From assembly GCA_051382305.1 (NCBI GenBank), contig JBBCAV010000194.1, positions 1-11,836 on the forward strand: a stretch of 11,836 nucleotides of DNA. The letters run 5' to 3'. Of this stretch, positions 4,985 through 11,836 are shown piece by piece. This stretch comes from Bdellovibrionota bacterium FG-2. Lineage in GTDB: Bacteria > Bdellovibrionota > UBA1018. The translations under genes and the position numbers were made by a program. Below the pieces are notes generated by a model that saw nothing but the letters and a program-made list of their open reading frames with translations, searched no databases and was not told where the DNA came from. Within the stretch, counting starts at the first letter, position 1, and every line of letters begins with the position of its first letter.

Positions 4985-7153
4985 ATGGAACAAGATCTCA
5001 ATAAAATCCTCTCCCCCACCACAACCTCTCTAAAAAATGGCGCAGGCAAATCCTTGGACCAAACCAAGCCCATTAAAATCGCCCTTGCTGGGAATCCAAA
5101 TTCTGGAAAAACATCGATTTTTAACGCCCTCACGGGCTTGCGCCAACACGTGGGCAATTATCCTGGTGTCACTGTTGAAAAACGCGAAGGCGAGTACAAA
5201 GTAGGTTCAACTTCGTGCAGTGTCCTGGATCTGCCCGGCACCTATAGTTTAAACGGCTATTCACCCGAAGAGCAGATCGCGCAAGTCGAGCTGCTTAAGG
5301 GTGGGTTTGACGTCGTGATCGCGGTCATTGATTCAACGACGCTTAATCGAAGTCTTGTTTTTGTGTGTCAGCTCATGCAGCTGGGCGCGAATATCGTTCT
5401 TTGCCTGAACATGTCTGATGAAGCCAAAAAATCGGGTCAAGAACTGGACCTCAAACAGTTTGAGAAACTCTTAGGATTTCCTATTATTGAAACCGTCGCC
5501 CATCGTGGTATCGGGATGGACGCGCTCAAAGCAGCCGTCGTGAAGGCCTCAGCCACTCGCGCTCCTCAATCTCGCCTCGTCCTGGGCGATCGCTTAACAA
5601 TCGCGATTAAACGCATCACTGAAAAACTCTCAGGCAACAGCTCAGAAGTGAACGCTTGGCTCGCCATGCGACTTTTGCTTGACGACCCCGCAACCCTCCA
5701 GACCCTACGAGCACAAGGATTTGATGAAGCCATTAAAACAGCCGTTAAACTTCGCGCCGACATCGAGTCTGAAACGGGTCAGGATGTTGCACTTTTTGTG
5801 ATGTCCCAATACTACGGCTTTGTCGATGGCCTTCTTCGCGAAGTGATCACACGTCAACCCGTCGAAAATGCGCGAATCGTTTCCGACCGTATTGATTCGG
5901 TGTTGAGTCACCGCCTCCTGGGTCTCCCCTTCTTTGCCATTATTATGTACGCCGTGTTTTGGATTACGTTTAAGGGCGGCGAATTGCCTATGGATTGGAT
6001 TAAAGCGGGCGCAGAACTTCTTGGGAAATCTATTTCAGGTCTATGGCCGGTCGGCTCTGATTCCATCCTACGCTCCTTACTCGTCGACGGTATTATTGCA
6101 GGCGTAGGCGGGGTGATCGTATTTTTGCCAAACATTCTTTTGCTTTTCATGTGTCTCGCGTTTCTTGAAGACACGGGCTATATGGCGAGGGCGGCTTTTC
6201 TCATGGATCGCATGATGCATCTTTTTGGCTTACATGGGCGCAGTTTTATTCCCCTCATGAGTGGTTTCGGGTGCAGCGTTCCAGCCATCATGGCCACAAG
6301 GACCTTGGAGAACGAGCGGGATCGTTTAACCACGATGCTCGTGCTTCCGCTGATGTCTTGTGGTGCAAGACTCCCTATTTGGATGCTGCTCGTGCCTGCT
6401 TTTTTCGCGGCTCAACATCGAGCAGGGATATTGTGGCTCATTTATATGATCGGAATCGCGTTAGCCTTTGTGCTCGCGTTTCTCCTTCGCAATACCGTAC
6501 TCAAAGGCGAAGACGCTCCATTTGTGATGGAGCTACCCCCTTATCGATTGCCAACCCTCAAAGCCGTCTTCAATCGAATGGTCGAGAGAGCCTGGCTATA
6601 TCTTCAAAAAGCTGGCACGATCATTTTGGCCGTTTCAATTCTGATGTGGGTGCTCACGCGTTATCCACAAAAACAAAGTTTTGACATTGATGCAGCTGTC
6701 GCCTCTGGCCAAGTCTCTGGGCTCACTTCCGAGCAAATCGAACTGCGACGCAATTCAGAGTCGCTCGTTTATTCGGCCTCAGGGCGTGTGGGACACTTCA
6801 TCGAGCCCCTGATTAGACCTTTGGGTTTTGATTGGAAAATCGGCGTGGGGATTTTGGGCGCCTTTGCTGCAAAAGAAGTCTTCGTTGCCCAAATGGGCGT
6901 CATGTATGCGCTAGGCGGTGACACCAAAGATACAACCGATCTTCAGACAGCCCTAAAAGGGATGTACTCTACCAGAGTCGGATTCTCTTTGATTCTTTTC
7001 ATGCTCATTGCTACTCCCTGCATGGCAACGGTTGCCATCACGCGGCGAGAATCAGGCCGTTGGGGATGGGCGTTTCTGCAATTTGGAGGGCTCACGGCCA
7101 TCGCCTATGTGATTTCATTTTCCTTTTATACGATTTCGGGGTTTTTTGTATGA
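4985..7153 (+). CDS. feoB: Ferrous iron transport protein B, 722 aa
   Basis: G1 GNPNSGKT, G2 VGNYPGVTVE, G3 DLPG, G4 NMSD; membrane-domain motifs LEDTGYMARAAFLMD, GFGCSVP, MSCGARLP, FVMELPPYRLP, AKEVFV, TPCMAT. Confidence 0.98.
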   Translation: MEQDLNKILSPTTTSLKNGAGKSLDQTKPIKIALAGNPNSGKTSIFNALTGLRQHVGNYPGVTVEKREGEYKVGSTSCSVLDLPGTYSLNGYSPEEQIAQVELLKGGFDVVIAVIDSTTLNRSLVFVCQLMQLGANIVLCLNMSDEAKKSGQELDLKQFEKLLGFPIIETVAHRGIGMDALKAAVVKASATRAPQSRLVLGDRLTIAIKRITEKLSGNSSEVNAWLAMRLLLDDPATLQTLRAQGFDEAIKTAVKLRADIESETGQDVALFVMSQYYGFVDGLLREVITRQPVENARIVSDRIDSVLSHRLLGLPFFAIIMYAVFWITFKGGELPMDWIKAGAELLGKSISGLWPVGSDSILRSLLVDGIIAGVGGVIVFLPNILLLFMCLAFLEDTGYMARAAFLMDRMMHLFGLHGRSFIPLMSGFGCSVPAIMATRTLENERDRLTTMLVLPLMSCGARLPIWMLLVPAFFAAQHRAGILWLIYMIGIALAFVLAFLLRNTVLKGEDAPFVMELPPYRLPTLKAVFNRMVERAWLYLQKAGTIILAVSILMWVLTRYPQKQSFDIDAAVASGQVSGLTSEQIELRRNSESLVYSASGRVGHFIEPLIRPLGFDWKIGVGILGAFAAKEVFVAQMGVMYALGGDTKDTTDLQTALKGMYSTRVGFSLILFMLIATPCMATVAITRRESGRWGWAFLQFGGLTAIAYVISFSFYTISGFFV

Positions 7154-7353
7154 GTGGGAACATAATCGAACTAGCGGGAGTCGGCATAATTCTCGGAGGC
7201 ACTTCGTACTTTTTTGGAAAAAAGATATGGGGCAGCTTGCAAGGAGTGCCCGCCAAAAATCACAGTAATGCCAAGCCCGGCTGCGGTGGATGCAGCGGCT
7301 GCGGCTCCGCCCAAGCGATCCCTCCTGTAAAAACCAAGACGTCATGCCACTAA
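7150..7353 (+). CDS. FeoB-associated Cys-rich small membrane protein, 67 aa
   Basis: ATGA overlap with the feoB stop (7150-7153); single N-terminal hydrophobic segment followed by basic residues, GCGGCSGC motif and C-terminal CH. This is the usual architecture of the FeoB-associated Cys-rich family. Confidence 0.85.
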   Translation: MSGNIIELAGVGIILGGTSYFFGKKIWGSLQGVPAKNHSNAKPGCGGCSGCGSAQAIPPVKTKTSCH

Positions 7354-8000
7354 CTTCTACAGGAACTTCTTGGATTCGCTGGACCCTATATTTGGCCTGG
7401 TTCACGATTGGCTACAATCTACTCGAAGGAGTTGTATCAATCGGCTTTGGGCTTAACGATGAGTCTGTTGCCCTCGCGGGCTTTGGCGCGGATAGTCTCA
7501 TTGAAGTTGCGTCGGCCATTTTAGTTTTGTGGCGTTTCAGGGGCGAAGCCGGCCAAAAAGAGGGGTTATCCATCAATCGCGAACGCCAAACCACGCTGGG
7601 CATCGGTGTCTTATTTATCTTCTTGGCATTGCTCACCGCCCTCGCCTCTGCACTTCAGCTCAAGAGTGGCTCACACCCTTCGAGCACGCTTTCGGGTCTT
7701 GTGATATCGGCCGTGAGTTTGAGTTTCATGTTTTTTCTTTGGCAAGCCAAGAAAAAAGCCGCGCGCATTTTAAACAGTGCCACGGTCAGGAAGGACGCTG
7801 CTTGCTCCCTAGCCTGCATCAAATTGTCGATTATTCTGTTCTTCGGAAGTTTGGTTTATCTCGAATTTCCTGCGTTTTGGTGGATTGACTCAGTTGCAGG
7901 ACTTGGTCTAGCGCTTCTTATTGCAAAAGAAGGCTGGGAGACGGTGCGTACCGCCCGAAGGCCTGATTTTTCAGGGGGCTGTGGCTGCGCGTGTGACTAG
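7344..8000 (+). CDS. Cation transporter, CDF-like transmembrane domain only (TMEM163-like), 218 aa
   Basis: ATG 7344 overlaps the end of the upstream gene by 10 nt; about six hydrophobic segments; motifs YNLLEG, SVALAGFGADSLIE, LWRF, WWIDSVAGL, KEGWE; no cytoplasmic CDF C-terminal domain; ends GGCGCACD. Confidence 0.85.
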   Translation: MPLTSTGTSWIRWTLYLAWFTIGYNLLEGVVSIGFGLNDESVALAGFGADSLIEVASAILVLWRFRGEAGQKEGLSINRERQTTLGIGVLFIFLALLTALASALQLKSGSHPSSTLSGLVISAVSLSFMFFLWQAKKKAARILNSATVRKDAACSLACIKLSIILFFGSLVYLEFPAFWWIDSVAGLGLALLIAKEGWETVRTARRPDFSGGCGCACD

Positions 8001-8372
8001 ACTCTCCAGTCCCTTTAGCCCACGATTAATTGAAATAATCAACCTTTCATAATCCACAAGTTTCTCAAAAAAGTCGGCTGCCCCAAGCTTCAAAAAAGAA
8101 TCGCAAGCAATATCCTCTCCATGCCCCGTAATGATGAACACCAGCGTTGAAGGGAAACTTTCCTTTATTGACTTAAGTACTTCAATTCCGTCCATTTTGG
8201 GCATTCTTATATCCGTCACCACGACATCAGGAGAGGCCTGCTTAAAAATCTCCATTCCCATAATGCCATTCTCCGCGCCGAACACTTCGTATTCATCGAG
8301 GGCTAAAAGCTTCATCAATCCTTTACGGACAGGTTCTTCGTCATCGATGACTAAGACCTTAATACGGTCCAC
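7971..8372 (-). CDS. Stand-alone response regulator receiver domain, 133 aa
   Basis: VLVIDDE acidic pocket, phospho-acceptor TDIRMPKMDG, ITGHG, conserved Lys in FFEKL; GTG start overlapping the kinase stop (TAGTG) with GGAG RBS; no output domain. Confidence 0.92.
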   Translation of the reverse strand: MDRIKVLVIDDEEPVRKGLMKLLALDEYEVFGAENGIMGMEIFKQASPDVVVTDIRMPKMDGIEVLKSIKESFPSTLVFIITGHGEDIACDSFLKLGAADFFEKLVDYERLIISINRGLKGLESLVTRAATAP

Positions 8373-11300
8373 TATTTTTCTCCGCCGATAGGCAGACTGA
8401 CGGTAAAGGTGGTGCCCTTCTTCTGTTCACTTTTGACTTCGACTATCGCTTTATGCGATTCAATAATCCCATGTACGATAGACATCCCAAGCCCTGTGCC
8501 TTGTCCAACAGGCTTGGTCGTAAAAAAAGGTTCAAAAACTTTTTTTCTCACCTCATCACTCATGCCAATGCCATTATCAATTACTTCAACAAGGACATTG
8601 TTGCCCTCACATTTTGAGCTGATCGAAAGTCTCTTGCTGTAGGGCAAATTGCCGAGATCGCACTCAGTTTCCATTGAGTCAAGGGCGTCCCTCGCATTAG
8701 TAAGCAGGTTGATCCAGATTTGCTCCAGCCGAAATGGATCGCCGTTGATCCTGGGACATAAACTGCTCAGATCCTTTGCGATCTCAATACCGCGAAGCCT
8801 GAGCTGCTCCCCCATCAGCATAAGCGCGGATTCAATAGTCTCATTGATATCGATTTGACGCAGATTCAGAACTTCCTGCCTAGCAAAAGTACGAACATGT
8901 TTAATCACTTTCGTGCACCGCTCGACAGAAAGCGAGATGTCCTTGAGCGAAGTTTCAAGCTCCGCATCGGTCAGTAGATTTTTTTGTTTCATTTTCCTGA
9001 TCGCATGGACTGCTAAGGAGATGCCAGCCATCGGCTGATTCATTTCGTGCGCCATACCAGCAGACATCTCACCCAAAGTGGACAACTTCGATGATTGAAA
9101 GAGTTGGGCTTGTAGATCTTTCTCTTTTTGCTCTGAGTTTACAAGCTCAGTATTGTCGCGCACAGTGGCTATGAGTATTGATTCAGCCCCTCTCGGAATA
9201 CGGGTCAAGCGCACTTCAGCCGGGAACGATTCGCCATCAAGACGGGTGTGGGTCCATTGAAAAAAATGTTTCCCATCTTTCAAAGCCATCTCGATCATGG
9301 CCATTGCTTTCTGAGCCGATAGAGCACCATCGGGTTGATGTTCCGGCGATAGAACCCATGGAGGCGCAGCCGTAAAGGCCTCTACCGTAGGTGCTCTAAA
9401 CATCTTGAGCGTTGCTTCGTTCGCAGCGGCAAATCTCCAGGTCGGAGGCTCCAAGGTCATAATTGCATCCGATGTATGATTGAAAATAGTACGATGCTTT
9501 TCTTCGCTCTCCTTTAGCTGCATTTCCTTCTGTTTTATCTCAGTAATATCCTGAATAGTGCCCCGCAGCCTCACAACTTTCCCAGCAGGATCACGCAGTG
9601 GTTCGCAGATTGTGATAATGGTTCTTTCGCTACCGTCCGGACGATTGAGGCGCAACTCCATATTATAGGGAGTACCATTCTGGAAGGCTTCCCCCACCGC
9701 AGCGTCAAATCGCTGAAAATCGGCTGGGTGAATATATTTCTGGTGGTCACTATAGCGAGGCGGGCCAAGTGCGGGATCCAAACCCCAGATGTCAAACATA
9801 CCTTTTGTCCATTCAGGCTGCTGACTCACCGGATCGTAGGTCCAACTGCCGATAGCTGCCAAACGTTGCGCCTCTTCCAGTTCCAAATCTCTCTCTCGCA
9901 GCTTGTCCTCGGATTTTCTCCGCTCAGAGATATCTTCATGAATCGCAACCCAGACCTTGCCATATGTTGAATGCTCAAAAGTCTTGACAGTAGCTAGACA
10001 CCAAAAAGGCAATCCATTTTTCCTCACGTTCTGAACTTCGCCCCTCCACTCTGAGCTACGCACAAGGGCTGATATAATATGTTTTTCTGTTTCTTTAGAT
10101 TCTCGACTCACATCATTAAAGTTCAACACACCCACCTGTTGACCAATGAGTTCGCCAGTTTCGTAACCGAAAAGAGTTTCAAACTTTGGATTTACATACA
10201 CGATTCTCAAATCGTGCGCACTTGTAATAACAATACCATCGGTTAGGTTGTTCAGAATTAGGCTTTGCATCCTAAGCTCTGATTCAGCTTTCTTACGTTC
10301 GGTGATGTCCCGCGAAACGGTGAAAACATGCGGCACACCGTCTAGAAATATTCGAGAAGCATGAGCCTCCACATCAATCAAAGAACCATCCTTACGCTTG
10401 TGGGTCGTCTCGACCTTCAGCTCCTTACCTGCAAGTATGCTGGCGAGAACCTCCCGAACGTCCTCTAGGGAGAAACTGGGATTAACGTCCGCCGGAGTCA
10501 TCGACAGCAATTCTTCTCGTGTGTAACCGAGCTGACGACAAGTTGTTTCATTGACCTCAACAAAGCGCCCTCGTTCATTCAACACGTGGACATCATCGAC
10601 CGCTTGATCGAATAGAGCATGGAATCTGGCCTCGCTGTTCTTGAGAGACTCCGTCATTCGCTTGCGTTCGGTAATATCTTTGAAAAACCCAACAAGACAA
10701 GTTCTGCCGTTAATCTTCATTGCCGCTGAACAGATATCAGCGAAAACAATCGACCCATTCTTCGTTAAACAAGGAATACTTTCCGCTACTTTTTGTTCTC
10801 CTCTGGCCGATTTTTCAAATTGAGAAACCACAAAAGCCAATTGATCCTGAGGGTGGATTCCTAAAATATCCTTTTTTAATAATTCGTCTTGAGAATAGCC
10901 AAGAAGTAGAATCATAGCAGGATTGGCACCGACTACAGCCTTTGTTTCAATATCCGCAATCAATATGCCGTCGGGATTATTCTCAAAAAGTGATCTGAAT
11001 TTTTCCTCCCGATCCAGCAGTTCTTGCCTTGACACAGTTGAATATTTTAGCTCCTCAGAGAGCATATTTAAGCCAACAGCAAGAGTGTCAAATACACTCC
11101 CGTCTCCGACGACAGGGAGAATTTTTCCGAAATCCAATCCCGCAATAGAAGTGATCATGTCAAGAGCAGCATCTAAGTGGGCTTGGGCTTGGGCTTGGGC
11201 TTGGGCTTGGGCTTGGGCTTGGGCTTGGGCTTGGGCTTGCAATGACTGGGCGACCCCATTGAGCTTGTCAACAATAGAATCCAAAATATTTTTTGAATAA

Positions 11301-11380
11301 TCACCGTGCTGAAAATGGGACACCAAATCCATGAGTTCTAAGACAACCGCAAGAGGTTTTTTTTGATCAGTCTCACTCAT
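8372..11380 (-). CDS. Soluble multi-PAS sensor histidine kinase, about 1002 aa (HAMP-like x2, PAS x5, HisKA, HATPase_c)
   Basis: ATG 11380 in ATGA overlap with the upstream stop, AAGGA RBS. Five PAS/PAC units end in DITERK, DITERK, DISERR, DITEIK, DNTE. H-box GMAHEMNQP, N-box INLLTNARDA, G1 DNGIGM, F-box FEPFFTTK, G2 GTGLGM. No transmembrane segment seen. Confidence 0.95.
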   Translation of the reverse strand: MSETDQKKPLAVVLELMDLVSHFQHGDYSKNILDSIVDKLNGVAQSLQAQAQAQAQAQAQAQAQAQAHLDAALDMITSIAGLDFGKILPVVGDGSVFDTLAVGLNMLSEELKYSTVSRQELLDREEKFRSLFENNPDGILIADIETKAVVGANPAMILLLGYSQDELLKKDILGIHPQDQLAFVVSQFEKSARGEQKVAESIPCLTKNGSIVFADICSAAMKINGRTCLVGFFKDITERKRMTESLKNSEARFHALFDQAVDDVHVLNERGRFVEVNETTCRQLGYTREELLSMTPADVNPSFSLEDVREVLASILAGKELKVETTHKRKDGSLIDVEAHASRIFLDGVPHVFTVSRDITERKKAESELRMQSLILNNLTDGIVITSAHDLRIVYVNPKFETLFGYETGELIGQQVGVLNFNDVSRESKETEKHIISALVRSSEWRGEVQNVRKNGLPFWCLATVKTFEHSTYGKVWVAIHEDISERRKSEDKLRERDLELEEAQRLAAIGSWTYDPVSQQPEWTKGMFDIWGLDPALGPPRYSDHQKYIHPADFQRFDAAVGEAFQNGTPYNMELRLNRPDGSERTIITICEPLRDPAGKVVRLRGTIQDITEIKQKEMQLKESEEKHRTIFNHTSDAIMTLEPPTWRFAAANEATLKMFRAPTVEAFTAAPPWVLSPEHQPDGALSAQKAMAMIEMALKDGKHFFQWTHTRLDGESFPAEVRLTRIPRGAESILIATVRDNTELVNSEQKEKDLQAQLFQSSKLSTLGEMSAGMAHEMNQPMAGISLAVHAIRKMKQKNLLTDAELETSLKDISLSVERCTKVIKHVRTFARQEVLNLRQIDINETIESALMLMGEQLRLRGIEIAKDLSSLCPRINGDPFRLEQIWINLLTNARDALDSMETECDLGNLPYSKRLSISSKCEGNNVLVEVIDNGIGMSDEVRKKVFEPFFTTKPVGQGTGLGMSIVHGIIESHKAIVEVKSEQKKGTTFTVSLPIGGEK
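11180..11239 (-). repeat. Perfect hexanucleotide microsatellite (CAAGCC)10 encoding (Gln-Ala)10
   Basis: Ten exact GGGCTT units on + (11179-11238), read as CAA GCC x10 in the kinase frame with no synonymous variation. Confidence 0.98.
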
Positions 11381-11766
11381 TTCAATAATTCCTTTAGCCA
11401 ACTGATAGCATCCTCTTCTGAGGTGAATAAACGAGTCGGGTAAATCGTCTTATTCAACCCCAGAAAAAAATTCCCGATGACTCGACCGATAGGAGAGCCA
11501 ATCACAAGAGCAGTCGCATAGACATTTTTCGCGGCTTCTGGGCCGCCTAAATATGAGCGGGCATCACGGCTCATAGATTTCATAGACCCCATCCTAACTA
11601 GAAGAGGCCGTTTAATTCCTGCAGCCAAAACTGCCTGGGCGTTGATACTTTCCACTGCATCGCTAAGATTCATCTCGGCATTTGGAGATACGTCTACTTG
11701 AAGAATGCCATCTTTACGAAGAAAAGTGGTGGAAATTCTTAACTCAATCACTTTGGATTCGCTCAT
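11377..11766 (-). CDS. STAS/SEC14 (SpoIIAA-like) domain protein, 129 aa
   Basis: Pattern DGIL..RPLLV..MSRDARSY..ALVIGSPIGRVIGNFFL..PTRLFTSEEDAISWL; the C-terminal FxxxxxAxxWL motif is characteristic of SpoIIAA-like/STAS-SEC14 proteins; coupled to the kinase by ATGA overlap. Confidence 0.8.
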   Translation of the reverse strand: MSESKVIELRISTTFLRKDGILQVDVSPNAEMNLSDAVESINAQAVLAAGIKRPLLVRMGSMKSMSRDARSYLGGPEAAKNVYATALVIGSPIGRVIGNFFLGLNKTIYPTRLFTSEEDAISWLKELLK

Positions 11767-11836
11767 TTCAAAAACCCTTGTTGATCAGGCTTTCAGGCTG
11801 ATCCCTCAAAGCAAGAGCTGAGGAAATCTTGGGGGG

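Noticed and set aside
4250-8000. Magnetosome island interpretation of feoAB plus CDF-like transporter
   Set aside because: No recognisable mam/mms/mad genes, and the transporter lacks the C-terminal domain of MamB/MamM.
1158-10917. Remaining short ORFs nested in or antisense to the porin, lipoprotein, dtxR-feoA, feoB, transporter and kinase genes
   Set aside because: Fully overlapped by well-supported genes, with no recognisable motifs.
10923-11300. 125-aa + strand ORF with a (Trp-Ala)n run
   Set aside because: Antisense shadow of the kinase; the WA run is the reverse reading of the CAAGCC repeat.

Overview
Window from a diderm (Gram-negative-type) bacterium with three parts. (1) Bases 1-225 hold a + strand intrinsic terminator and two probable IS end remnants (IS21-like and IS3-like). 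(2) Bases 280-8000 are an iron locus. A ferritin-like gene diverges from a perfectly palindromic Fur-type operator. On the + strand follow an OprB-family porin and three uncharacterised exported proteins (122, 467 and 92 aa; the middle one is a lipoprotein). After a second Fur-type site and a sigma70 promoter come a DtxR/MntR-FeoA fusion, feoB, a FeoB-associated Cys-rich membrane protein and a CDF/TMEM163-like cation transporter. (3) Bases 7971-11766 are a convergent, translationally coupled signalling operon: a STAS/SpoIIAA-like protein, a soluble five-PAS histidine kinase with an in-frame perfect (CAAGCC)10 microsatellite, and a stand-alone receiver. The most notable observation is that the three unknown exported proteins together carry six copies (1+4+1) of one helix plus 33-34-residue beta-hairpin module. 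This suggests an undescribed iron-regulated envelope complex, possibly a 12-stranded hetero-barrel, working with the porin upstream of Feo. All family calls are from motif recognition by eye; no searches were run.
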